Assembly (NCBI RefSeq): GCF_006345805.1
Contig: NC_043021.1
Coordinates: forward strand, 13,020,001 to 13,084,000
Length of the DNA stretch: 64,000 nucleotides
Reading direction: 5' to 3'
Source: Octopus sinensis
Lineage: Eukaryota
Positions 11,715 to 23,762 of the stretch are shown here, in pieces (the first letter of the stretch is position 1; every line of letters begins with the position of its first letter). Under the pieces are notes generated by a model that did not search any database, had not been told where the DNA came from, and saw only the letters and a list, made by a program, of their open reading frames with translations. The position numbers and the translations under genes are program-made.

Positions 11715-13095
11715 CTAGAGAAAGACAAAATGAAGAATATAAACATAGAGAAAATTTTTTAAAAGACTGAAAATACAAATTCTATTCCTAATATTAAATC
11801 TCCAAGATGTGAACTTGCCAAGGGACATGATTATAATCATTTAACATCTGCTTTCCATGCAAGCATGGGTTGGACGGTTTGACAGGAGCTAGCTAGGCAG
11901 AAGACTGCACCAGGCTTTAAGCCTTTAACAAAGTGTTTTTCAACAGAAACATGGTAAAATGGTAAAGAAAGGGTTAAATTAAAATGAAATTTTGATATTT
12001 AGATCATTTATGTTTCAAAGACCAGCTAAATAATGCCAGTTATTTTACTAAATTCTTTCAAGCTTTTGAAAATTCATTTAATAAAAGGGAGTGCAGTTCA
12101 ATAAAAATGTGGTAGCGAAAGGGTTAAGTCGTCTTACATTTTATTAGGAAGTGTCTCAAAATTTTCAAAAATAATTTGTGCATTGTAGAAGTAATGAATT
12201 AACAACAAAATCTAGAATGGAAGCCTAGTTGGGGTCCCCTACTATAGAGTAAGGATCAAGTTGGCTTGGAAAGGAGGGCAATACTGATGACCTTTGCAAG
12301 CCTTCAAAGTATGATGTGACTAATGACTATTCTGAACATTTGGTCATTGTCCAAAGAAGAAAAATGGTAGGTATGGAGTAGTCAGATTCAGATAGTAACA
12401 ACAAATGAGCCTTCTTTATCGTATCTTTTTAAGGTATTGTAAAGAGAACTAGGGACAAGGGGATGGTGCTGGATCTACCACACATGTGAGGGAACTAAAA
12501 GTCTGATCCAAATGCTTGGAATAGAATGGAATCTACTAAAAGGCACCCAAATTGTCAGGTGACCGTAGAGTTACACAAGGGAGATAACCAGTGGTATGTT
12601 ATTGATAGAATCCAGCTGAAGTGGATTCTACTAAAAGTAGCTAAGAGCAGGTAGTGGTGGTGGGGCTAGTATTAAACTGGGGGGATTTGTTTAGCCTACT
12701 CCCACCCAAGATGATTTTCAACTCACAGGCGCATGTGTGGTAAGAAATTTGCATCAATAATTTATCTTAATCATTAGACAACAGCCATGCTGGGGCACCA
12801 CCTTGAAGAATTAATTAAATGAATCAACTCCAGTACTTATTCTATCAATCACTTTTGCTGAACCACTAAGTTATGGGGATGTAAACACACAAAGACTCAC
12901 ACATTCGATGGGCTTCTTTCAATTTCCATCTGCCAAATCCACTTACAAAGCTCTAGTCAACCCGAGACTATAGTAGAAGGTACTTGCCCATGGTGTCACA
13001 ACCTGGTACCATGTGGTTGGGAAGCAAGCTTCTTACCACACAGCCATGCCTATATTGTCTCATTTAATTTTGAAAATAGCCAAGAATTCAGTGTC

Positions 13096-13553
13096 CGTTG
13101 CCAGCCTCGCCTGGCCCCCGTGCCGGTGACACGTAAAAGCACCATCCGTTCGTGGCCGTTTGCCAGCTCTGTCTGGCCCCCGTGTCGGTGGCATGTAAAA
13201 GCACCATCCGTTCGTGTCCGTTGCCAGCATCGCCTGGCCCCGTGCCGGTGACACGTAAAAGCACCATCCATTCGTGGCCGTTTGCCAGCTCTGTCTGGCC
13301 CCGTGCTGGTGACACGTAAAAGCGCCGTCCGTTCGTGGCCGTTTGCCAGCTCTGTCTGGCACCTGTGTGGGTGGCACGTAAAAAGCACCCACTACACTCA
13401 CGGAGTGGTTGGCGTTAGGAAGGGCATCCAGCCGTAGAAACACTGCCAGATCTGACTGGGCCTGACGAAGCCTTCCAGCTTCACAGACCCCAGTTGAACC
13501 GTCCAACCCATGCTAGCATGGAAAGCGGACGCTAAATGATGATGATGATGATT
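13096..13553 (+). mobile_element. SINE family B with ~62-bp internal tandem subrepeats and (GAT)n tail
   Basis: About 5 copies of ccgtttgccagc...gtaaaagcaccatccgttcgtg, then gttggcgttaggaagggcatccag...ggacgctaaatgatgatgat. Copies at 13695-14197 (-), 15830-16148, 26184-26426, 28648-28905, 40515-40807, 47080-47363 (-) and 51937-52155 (-). Confidence 0.85.
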
Positions 13554-13694
13554 ATTTAGCAGCTGCTGTTTGCATTATAAATTCACACAAAATTTTGATA
13601 GAAGGCTTTAACTTAGATCACAGGACCAACGACAGTCTCAGGTGGGTTAATCTACAGAAGTTTCCTCGATAACACCATATCTAATAATCAACAT

Positions 13695-14197
13695 CATCAT
13701 CATCGTTTAACGACCGTTCTCCATGCTAGCATGGGTTGGACGGTTCCACCGGGGATCTGGGAAGCCAGAAGGCTGCACCAGGCTCCAGTCTTATCTGGCA
13801 ATGTTTCTACAGCTGGATGCCCTTCCTAACGCCAACCACTCCGTGAGTGTAGTGGGTGCTTTTTATGTGCTACCTGCACAGGTGCCAGGCGAGGCTGCCA
13901 CCGGCACGGAAGCCAGTCGAGGCGGCGCTGGCATCGGCCACGAGTCGGATAGTGCTTTTTACGTACCACCGGACCAGGGATCCTGGCTGGTTCAATTCAA
14001 TTTCGATTTCGCTAGCCCCAACATGTCTTCGCAAGCAAAGGGGGTTGGCATGGGTGCCTGTCGTACGGTCGGATTGGTGTATTTTACGTGCCACCGGCAT
14101 GGAAGCCAGTGGAGGCGGCGCTGGCATTGGCCACGAGTCGGATAGTGCTTTTTACGTACCACCAGACCAGGGATCCTGGCTGGTTCAATTCGATTTG
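13695..14197 (-). mobile_element. SINE family B copy, inverted relative to 13096-13553
   Basis: Reverse complement of the family B tail and subrepeats. Confidence 0.85.
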
Positions 14198-14255
14198 TAA
14201 TAATTAAATTGGCTGGAAATACTTCCCCTTTTAAAAGAATTGGTCTTTCACTTAC

Positions 14256-14352
14256 TTGTCAGGTTAGAATAGAATTTAGTTGACAGTTGCTGCTGTATAG
14301 TCTTGTGAAGTTTTTTAACCCCCGTCATACTGGCTCTCGCTGTCTTTGGTTT
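14256..14352 (-). CDS. Uncharacterised protein, coding exon 3
   Basis: tttctttcaag acceptor (AAG, less common) and GTAAGT donor. KPKTARASMTGVKKLHKTIQQQLSTKFYSNLT; phases 0/1 fit both neighbours. Confidence 0.7.
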
Positions 14353-16457
14353 CTTGAAAGAAATTTATTAGCAAAATTATATGAAAAAAAGTTGATGAGA
14401 GGAAAGAATTAATGTAGTAACTAATTAACGATTAACTGACAGAATTTTTTCTTTTGTTTGTTTTCAATTAAATATACATCTTACACACAAAGGAACATAT
14501 ATATAAGATTAGAAATATTTGACAGTGCATAAGATGCACTCTTGATTAAGGCAAACCTCTACTTTCTTGTGAGAAAAAAAACTTATGCTTCATCGTACAA
14601 ACATATACTTGGTTTTCCATCTGTAATACAGTTGCGTTTGATGTAAGACAAGTTTTTGTTATATACTGGCATATATGGTATGCAACTGGTAGGAATTGAA
14701 CCATTAATTCTCTTAGTTGGCATAGTGATACATTAACAATTATACTACAGTCATTGATACAAGTTATCGGTTTCGCTACATAAGGCAGCAAGCTGGAAGA
14801 ATTGTTACTGTGCCGGACAAACTACTAAGTGTCATTTCTCCATCTTTATGTTCTGAGTTCAAAGGCCGCCAGGGTCGAATTTGCCTTTCATCCTTTTGGG
14901 GTCAATAAAATAAGTACTGGTTGAACTCAATTTTGCCAAAGCAAAATATTGTTATATTTCAGGTTCAAGCATTGCAACGTGATGGTAAAGGAAACACAAT
15001 TATGACATTACCACATTTACTGGATATGATCATCTGTTTCAAATCACAGCCTTAAATCTAAGTGCGAATGCTTCACATATGGCACACTGCTTTTCATGCT
15101 GAATCGAAACCCATTCCTGGTGCAGTTTTGCCATTAGAGAATGAAGCATGAGGAGTACTCAAGAACCCCATCTCCAAAATGGACCAAACAGAAAAATCCA
15201 AAAGGTTGAGATTGGGGCTTTTTGAGGGCCATACATCATTGCCTATGAATGACGGAATGTTTTTCTGAATCTAGTGTTGTATTCATTTGGGGCTGTAGGA
15301 TGGTGTCGAGTCCTGTTGGAGACTCCAAAGTACACTTTGAAAGTGCTCATTTGCTCATAGAAGTAGTTCAGCTTCCAATTGAGGGATAATTTTAATACCT
15401 GAGGGCACAAAAATGTGTGGAAACCTTTCTGTGACTGTTACAGCCACCCAAACCATAAATGACTGGTTTTTGGTGTCAAATCCTCAATGGAGCCGGATAC
15501 ATTCCAAAGTCAGTCATTCTGGTGGTTTACCTCATGTTCAATGTCAAATTTCTTTTCACCAGTGAACACCAGGTTGGGCAGCATGCCTTTGGCAATCTGA
15601 AGCAGGACAAGACGACTGCTCTCCAGTCTCATGGCCTTATAAACTTGAGCCCATGACAGCAAATCCCCTTGTAGGGGTGGGTCCTGAGATCCTCTTTCAG
15701 CGCTCGATACATTGATGTTCAGCTTATTTTTGCTGTGGCAGTCAGTTTTCTAACAGAACAATGAGGGTTTCACCGTATCTTTTCTCTGATACTTTTGATA
15801 AGCTGAGGGGTCCACACACTTGTTGTTGTGGTCCCCATGCTGGTGGTACATTGAAAGCACCATCTGAACGTGATCGATGCTAGTGCTGCATTGACTGGCT
15901 CCAATGCCGGTGACATGTAAAAAGTACCATCCGATCGTGGTCAATGCCAGGCCCCTGTGCCAATGGCACGTAAAAGGGCACCCACTACCCTCTCAGAGTG
16001 GTTGGCGTTAGGAAGGGCAGAAAGCTGTAGAAAGACTGCCAGATCAGACTGGAGCCTGGTGCAACCTCCTGGCTTTCCAGACCCCAGTCGAACCATCCAA
16101 CCCATGCCAGCATGGAAAACAGACGTTAAACGATGATGATGATGATGGTATTCCATCAGTTACAATGGTGAGTATTGCAGTTGATCTGATCAACAGAACA
16201 GCCTGCTCATGAAATTAACTTGTGAATGGTTGAGCACTCCACAAACACATGTACCCTTAATGTAGTTATACAAGAGATTCAGAGTGACACAGACTGTGAC
16301 AAGGCTGGCCTTTTGAATTACAGGTACAACTCATCTAAGTGGACTCAAGCAACATGACATAAAGTGTTTCGTTCAAGGACTTAATATATCACTATGAATC
16401 AGGTTAAGTATGAGAGCCAAGATCTTGCTGGTTAGAACATAAAGCAGGTAGAATATA

Positions 16458-16852
16458 CTCTTTACTCTTTTACTTGTTTCAGTCATTTGACTGCGGCCAT
16501 GCTGGAGCACCGCCTTTAGTCGATCAAATCGACCCCGGAACTTATTCTTTGTAAGCCCAGTACTTATTCTATCGGTCTCTTTTGCCGAACCGCTAAGTGG
16601 CGGGGACGTAGACACACCAGCATCGGTTGTCAAGCAATGCTAGGGGGACAAACACAGACACACAAACACACATATATATACATACATATATACGACAGGC
16701 TTCTTTCAGTTTCCGTCTACCAAATCCACTCACAAGGCATTGGTCGGCCCGGGGCTATAGCAGAAGACACTTGCCCAAGATGCCACGCAGTGGGACTGAA
16801 CCCGCAACCATGTGGTTGGTTAGCAAGCTACTTACCACACAGCCACTCCTGC
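16458..16852 (-). mobile_element. tRNA-derived CORE-like SINE (family A), full length
   Basis: Head gcaggagtggctgtgtggtaag, B box ggttcagtccc, CORE-like ggcatcttgggcaagtgtctt, (TA/TG)n middle, tail ...gactgaaacaagtaaaaga. Confidence 0.85.
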
Positions 16853-17710
16853 ACCTCCTGCTATACGGGCCAGTTTAAATGCAAAAGAGTTAATAGTGAC
16901 CATTTTACACAGTGTACTGAATAAATTTTATTGCGACATCAGTACTATTGGGGTTACCTGTTATCTCACTAAACTAAGACCCCACTGCATGGTACCTAGG
17001 GCAAGTGTCTTTTACTAGAGCCCTTCACCAACCAATGCTTTGTAAGTGAATTTTGTAGGCAGAAGCCCAGTGAAAATCTCTTGTGTATGTATTTACAAGA
17101 GGGTGCTAAAAAGTTTGTCTTTAAGGGTATCATAAAAGGCCTGGTTGGAGGCCCAACATTCTAAGTTCTTTTGCAGGGCTTAGAAAAACTGAAGGACTTC
17201 TGCAATAAGTGTGAATCTGAGAGGGGAATATGTTTAATAAAATCATAATTAACTGATCCTCCTGTATTTTCTTTTACCCTTTAAAAATATTTAATGCCCC
17301 GAAACCAATAGATTTACTCTACAGCAGCCTTTATGCATATTTAGTGCCCTGGAAATAGCATATATACTATATGAGAGGGTGCTGAAAAGTTCCTGACTTT
17401 AAGGGATCACAAAAGGCCTGGTTGGGGGCTCAACTTTCTGAGTTCTTTTTACATTGGTTTTCTAGTATTAGTTTCAAATTTGGCACAAAGCCAGCAATTC
17501 CAGAGGAGGGGGTAAGTTGATTACATTGACCCCAGTGCTCAGCTGGTACTTATTTTAATGATCTTGAAAGGATCACAGGCAAAGTTGACCATAACAGAAT
17601 CTGAACTCAGAACACAAGATAGACAAAATGCCACTATGAATTTGGTCCAGTGTTCTAATGGTTCTACCAGCTTGTTGTTGCTTTTCAGTTCCCTAATATT
17701 GAACACAATG

Positions 17711-18084
17711 GCCCAGTGGTTAGGGCAGCGGACTCGCGGTCGTAGGATCGCGGTTTCGATTCCCAGACCGGGTGTTGTGAGTGTTTATTGAGCGAAAACA
17801 CCTAAAGCTCCACGAGGCTCCGGCAGGGATGGTGGTGATCCCTGCTGTACTCTTTCACCACAACTTTCTCTCACTCTTACTTCCTGTTTCTGTTGTGCCT
17901 GTATTTCAAAGGGCCGGCCTTGTCACTCTCTGTGCCACGCTGAATATCCTCGAGAACTACGTTAAGGGTACACGTGTCTGTGGAGTGCTCAGCCACTTAC
18001 ACGTTAATTTCACGAGCAGGCTGTTCCGTTGATCGGATCAACCGGAACCCTCATCGTCGTAACCGACGGAGTGCTTCCATCCAC
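17711..18084 (+). mobile_element. tRNA-derived SINE (family E), young copy with 11-bp TSD
   Basis: A box ggcccagtggttag, B box ggtttcgattccc. TSD TGAACACAATG at 17700-17710 and 18085-18095. Second copy at 49690-50007. Confidence 0.85.
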
Positions 18085-18151
18085 TGAACACAATGAATCA
18101 AAATCTCTTACAAAAACAATATGAAAATCTTCAATGAAACTAAATACTTAC

Positions 18152-18261
18152 TGTTTGAAAATGCTTTGACTTAGTACTGCGTATCTGTTGGTTTTTGAAG
18201 ACAGGTTCTTCGGTGAAGCTATAGGGGTCGAAATCAGGAGGTTCTGTCGAAAGGATGGAAC
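18152..18261 (-). CDS. Uncharacterised protein, coding exon 2
   Basis: tttttttag acceptor and GTAAGT donor. GSILSTEPPDFDPYSFTEEPVFKNQQIRSTKSKHFQT; phases 1/0 fit. Confidence 0.75.
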
Positions 18262-19189
18262 CTAAAAAAATTTGAGCAAAATAATGATTCTTTTAAAAAT
18301 TCATTTACAATTGTTAGAATCAGGGAGTTTGAATTAGAAATTGCAATGTAGATACACGTATTAATTAAACTGACCCCTTTCTGCTAAAAAAAAAACAACA
18401 GAAACTCCAAAATACCAGCCTTATAATTACATTTGAAACAATTATTAGTGTATTCACATAGTTGGTAGATTTGTGGAATCAATAGAGCATCAAACAAAAT
18501 ACCTTGTGGTTTTTTGTTCTAGCTCTTTACATTCTCACTTCAAATCCTGATGGAAGTTAACACACAAGGTGTGTACAAAATGTATTCGACATTTGAACAT
18601 GAAAAAAAAAAAACAAATCAATTTTGCATGTTTGACAAATCTTATTTAATCATCTTCAAAATACTCCCTTCTGCCACTTCAGGTAACACTTCTGGGTTGC
18701 TATGGAGCTCTGCTGTTGCTTTTCTCATAATTTCTCCTCACAACTCAAATCGCTTCCCTTTCTGAGTGGTGTTTGGCCTGGAGGAAGAGCCAGAAGTCAT
18801 ATGTGGCTATGTAGGGAAGCTGTCCAACGAATAGTGTTGTTCTTGATAAGGAAAGTCAGATTACAGAGTGTGTTCAAAAAGTATCCAACTTTATTTTTTT
18901 GCTGACATCCTATGCATGCATAAACCCTCTGTTTGAATGGAATGCACTGAATCCTGTACTCATTCCCACTCTCCTGGATCGTTACATGACAGTTTTCCAA
19001 GACTATTCGCTGAACCATCTCAATTGGCTCAACAAGTGCTACATAGGTAAACATCACAAGGATGGACAAAAAACAGAAGGGGAAGAATTTTTAAAAGGGG
19101 TTCCCAAAAGAACCCCAACCAAACATTGGAGGTCAGGTCACCTTGAAGGATAAGTAACCCCAATCTTTACCTTTCTCCAATCAACATGG

Positions 19190-19560
19190 CAGACATTAGA
19201 GTAGGTTGCATGTGTGGTACCTGGGATTGTCCTGGAAGCAAGGTCATTTGCTCAATGACCTCAAGTTGCTAGGTTTGGATGTGATAGCTGCCAGTGAGAC
19301 CAGGGTTTTTGATACATGCACACTAGTTCCCATTTTTGACAACTCTGAGATCAATGTATCTCTTAGCCATCCTGGAAAGGGAGGCGGGGTGGTAGTGTTG
19401 GATAGAAAAGTCCTGTATCTTGAGGTATGGATGATTCTCCTGGACCCGGATGGTAAGGTGGTGATTTCAGACTAGTTGCTGAGTATGCCCCAACTGGGGC
19501 AAGGCAGCCAGACTTTTCCAGATGTTTGGCGGTTTTCCATTGGAGGTCTCACTTTTCATT
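19190..19560 (+). mobile_element. Decayed LINE endonuclease (APE) fragment
   Basis: LLNDLKLLGLDVIAASETR...GGGVVVL...DPDGKVV matches APE domain motifs; disrupted downstream. Confidence 0.65.
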
Positions 19561-20406
19561 GCTTGTGGGCGATTGGAACGTCATCTTGGATAGGGAGGCT
19601 GATATGAGAGGAATTGTAATAGTTGCTTTCGACTGGCTAACAGGTACCTACTGATTCGATTCCCCAAGTGTGCCAATGGACACATACACCTGCATATATA
19701 TATATAGAAAAAGTACCAGACTTGGATTAAGACCACAGCCTTAAAGGGTTTAGTGCTCCAGCATGGCTGCGGTCCAATGCCTGAAAGAAATACCGGAATA
19801 AAAGAGTAACAAATAAACAATACAATTTTCCTTATATTGAAGAATATTTCCTACCATTATATAAAACCATCGTCATTTAACATTCACTTTTCCATGCTTG
19901 CATGCAGTGGATAGAGTTTATTGAGGCAGATTTTTCCACAGATGGATGCACTTCCTGTCACCAACCCTCACCTGTTTCCACACAAAGATAATATTTTCCA
20001 AAGGCTAGAGACCAGACATGTTTACTACAGAAGACTTGAAATGAATAATCATGCTTGTATGACAACGGTACTCACTTACAACCCTCATGTGATGTCTGGT
20101 CACACAGATGATGGGCTTCTTTCAGTTTCTGTCCATCAAATCCATTAACAATGCTTTTGTTGCCCAAAGTGTCATGCAATGGGACTGAACCCAAGACCAC
20201 ATGATTGGAACACAAGCTTCTTAACTACACTCTATCTATGTGTGTGTATGTGTGTGTCCACCAGTACTGGTGTGTTTAAGTCCTTCTGACTTAGCAGTTC
20301 AACCTAAGAGACTGATAGAATAAGTGCAGGGGTTGATACATTCAACTAAAAATTCTTCAAGGTGAAGCCCCAGCATATCCGCTGTCTAATGACTGAAACA
20401 AGTAAA

Positions 20407-20449
<43 letters not shown>

Positions 20450-21592
20450 AGTTGGCGTCATAAAAACCCTGGCAGTCAGCTTAGCACTTCTACATATATC
20501 AGGCTAACAGGGGACTCCAAATAAAGGCATAAATATTCTCAGTCAATCTCCTGGTCAATATAACAGTTCTTGGGAAGTTAAACAGTTGTATAATGATCCT
20601 CAACATCTTGTAAATCCATTGAAACATTGCCACATATTACATGATGCAAATATTGTCAAGAAACGAAAAAAAAAAAAAAACAGCTGAAGCAACAGCTACA
20701 TAATTTGCTATACTTGAGAACACACTGTCATCCATACATACAGGCTTGTCCTTTATAGGTGCCGGTGCAGTGTTGAAAGTACCCAGTACACTCTATGATG
20801 TGGTTGGCATTAGGAAGGGTATCCAGCTGTAGAAACCATACCACAACAGATGATTTAGAGTCTCTGAACAGCTCCCTGACTGGTCAGCTCCTGATAAACC
20901 ACACAACCCATACCAGTATGGAAAGAGGGATGTTAAATGATGATGATTTCAATAGCACAGTTATTTATTCAAAAACGCATTATGTTACATGATATTGTAT
21001 AATTTTACATAATTGCATAACCATGCCATCTCATCAGGTAATTCTGAGTCTATTACTGGTAAAATCAAATCAAACTATGAAGGAAAATTTATTTGCAGTT
21101 AAATACATATTGAAAGCAAGATTTATTCTAGGAAAAAATATGTTAAGTCCTCTCAGATGGAGACATAAAATTAGCCTGAACACCCTGTATATTTCCATCT
21201 GATATTCATTTTAGTCATCTCGGATCTTTTCGGTTGAACGGCAGTTTTTTAAAATAATTTCCATGTAACTAAACACTTTTAAACTTCGTATACTGGTAGA
21301 ATGTGTTTATAAAACATCTTTTTCTCTTGGCTTTATTGAGAAAATTCTATAGTTTGCAAGATATTTGTTGTTTTTTTTTCTTCAATTTATGCAATTTCAA
21401 CCAATCAATGACGTCTATTGAGGTAAAAAACATTCTGTGCCATATGAATATGTCCCTCGTTTAAGAAGCAGATTGGGTTTATTTACATTTGTGAAGAAAA
21501 AAAAGATACCCTTCCCCCCACTTCCGATCCTCCCAAGATTGCTGGCCCTGTGTCAAAGTTAGAAAGAATTACTAATGTGGATTTATATTTAC

Positions 21593-22406
21593 CTTGTGTT
21601 GTAGAATGTTTTCGGCCAGGATAGAGAGTAACGTGACATTGACTGTTTTGGATCTCTTGAAATTTATGATGACCAATTGTTGGTGCCTTCTGTGAAGGTG
21701 GAACAGTCATCATTTGGGACAGGCCGGCTGGTTGTGTTGGAGGGACCCGTGACTGACTTGATTCTTTAAAACTGGAATTGGTCTCATTAAAATTAGAATC
21801 AATAGTTTTTGTTTTCCTTGAATCTGTAAGGGTAGCTTGTGACAGGTTTGTACGTGGAAGAGTCACTTGTAACAGATTTGTATCTGGAAGAGTCAACTGT
21901 GACAGGTTTGTATCTGGAAGAGTCAGCTGTGATAGGTTTGTATCTGGAAGAGTCAACTGTGACAGGTTTGTGTCTGGAAGAGTCAACTGTGACAGGTTTG
22001 TGTCTGGAAGAGTCAACTGTGACAGGTTTGTGTCTGGAAGAGTCAGCTGTGATAGGTTTGTATCTGGAAGAGTCAGCTGTGACAGGTTCATATCTGGAAG
22101 AGTCAACTGTGACAGGTTTGTATCTGGAAGAGTAATTTGTGACAGGTTTGTATCTGGAAGAGTCAACTGCGACAGGTTTGTATCTGGAAGAGTTACTTGT
22201 GACTGGCATATCTCTGAAAATGCATTTTGTGACAGGTTTATGTCTGGAAGTGTCATTTGTGACAGGCTTAATTTTGGATCAGTCATCTGTTGGCTTGCAT
22301 CATGTACTGTTGTTTTTCCGTTTCTGATTTCTGTATTCTTATCAATTGTTTCAGCAGGTAAAGTTGGAAATAATATTTCTGAACCAGAAGATGATGCCAC
22401 ATCCAT
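21593..22406 (-). CDS. Uncharacterised protein, first coding exon with (TLPDTNLSQL)n repeat
   Basis: Acceptor ttacttgacag before 22436, in-frame TAA upstream, ATG at 22406 (ACAATGG). Donor CAAG|GTAAAT after 21593, phase 1. Confidence 0.75.
21836..22270. repeat. 30-bp coding minisatellite, about 14 units (12 well conserved)
   Basis: Unit gacaggtttgtatctggaagagtcaactgt repeats at an exact 30-bp period from 21841. Confidence 0.97.
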
Positions 22407-22690
22407 TGTGTTAATTCTGTTGGCAGAGATTTAAAACTGTCAAGTAAAAGAAATAAAGAAACATTTTTTTTTTCATCATTGCCTTCGAAATGATGAGGAG
22501 CGTCTTTTAACAACAACAAAAAAATAATAATAATTTGGTTAAAGTTTACATTAACCAACTTGTTTTTCATAAACTTTGTTGATTCTTAAATTCCAGCAAT
22601 GGACTACACGTGTTACTTCTGTATCATCCTTCCATAAAATGTATTTATGGGGAGAAAAATATTGAAAAACATCAACATATGTGAAAAAAC

Positions 22691-23083
22691 GCAGGAGTGG
22701 CTGTGTGGTAAGTAGCTTGTCTACCAACCACATGGTTCCGGGTTCAGTCCCACAGCGTGGCACCTTGGGCAAGTGTCTTCTATAGCCTCGGGCCGACCAA
22801 AGCCTTGTGAGTGGATTTGGTAGACGGAAACTGAAAGAAGCCCGTCGTATATATGTGTGTGTGTGTGTATATATATATATATTATATATATATATGCGTG
22901 TGTGTGTCTGTGTTTGTCCTCTAGCATTGCTATGTTTTTATGTCCCCGTTACTTAGCGGTCCGGCAAAAGAGACCGATAGAATAAGTACTGGGCTTACAA
23001 AAGAATAAGTCCCGGGATCGAGTTGCTCGATTAAAGGCGGTGCTCCAGCATGGCCGCAGTCAAATGACTGAAACAAGTAAAAG
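22691..23083 (+). mobile_element. CORE-like SINE family A, full length
   Basis: Same head, core and tail as 16458-16852. Further copies at 12770-13050 (-), 29500-29848 (-), 36058-36428, 37709-38025, 45742-46135 and 63035-63398 (-). Confidence 0.85.
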
Positions 23084-23163
23084 AGGAAGGTGGGATGTGC
23101 TAGAAACAAGAGCTAAATCTCCGTTAGATCACACACAGTTTCCTTTGAAAATATTTACATTTT

Positions 23164-23372
23164 TTCTGTTTTCGTTTTTGGATTTGGTTTGCAAGATTCT
23201 TTATGTGAGTTCGTGTGTTGAAGCATATTCTGTTGTGTCTGGGGAGAGTCATTCTCTTTTGGTGCCTTATAATTTAGAAGAATAAAAAAGAAATAAGTGG
23301 AAATTTTACCGGTGAGTGTGTTAAATTATAAGGCACCAAAAGAGAATGACTCTCCCCAGACACAACAGAATA
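23164..23372. mobile_element. Family P3 copy with perfect ~51-bp inverted duplication
   Basis: 23226-23276 is the reverse complement of 23322-23372; tacattt occurs on both flanks. Confidence 0.7.
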
Positions 23373-23762
23373 CATTTCTTTTTCTTTATCGAAAAGGCTT
23401 ATCTCATTGTTTTTAAGTTTCAAACTATTTTTCATAAAAAGATGCCCAACGCCCATCATTTCAAAGGCCGTGGTGAAAAGAAAAATTGGGGAAATACTCG
23501 TCAAAACGAACAAAATCCAACTTATGTGGATATAATGATCCAAAACTCCACAAAAATGTGTGTGAAACCCAGAAGTGAACTTTGGACGAGAAACATTTTG
23601 AGAGCCATCAGAAGAAACAAACATGGCTCTCAATAAACACATTGACAATAAGTTTAGAGATTACAGATATGAAAGAGATAATACTACAGAACTTCAAAAT
23701 ATAGACACTGAACGACAATAAAATAGTATGAACTAAAAATAACAAAACTTAAAATGTAATAC

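Noticed and set aside
13050-14200. Several 75-148 aa ORFs (LDALPNANHSVSVVGAFY...)
   Set aside because: Translations of a multi-copy SINE that recur across the window.
17707-17775. Possible tRNA gene
   Set aside because: It is the tRNA-derived head of a SINE with TSDs and lacks a complete acceptor stem.
21836-22270. CRISPR-like regular repeat
   Set aside because: Contiguous units with no unique spacers, eukaryotic context, no cas genes.
21778-22434. Plus-strand and alternative-frame ORFs (CDRFVSGRV, TGLYLEES and SSRYKPVT repeats)
   Set aside because: By-products of a stop-free 30-bp repeat. Only the minus frame has a start context and splices in phase to downstream exons.
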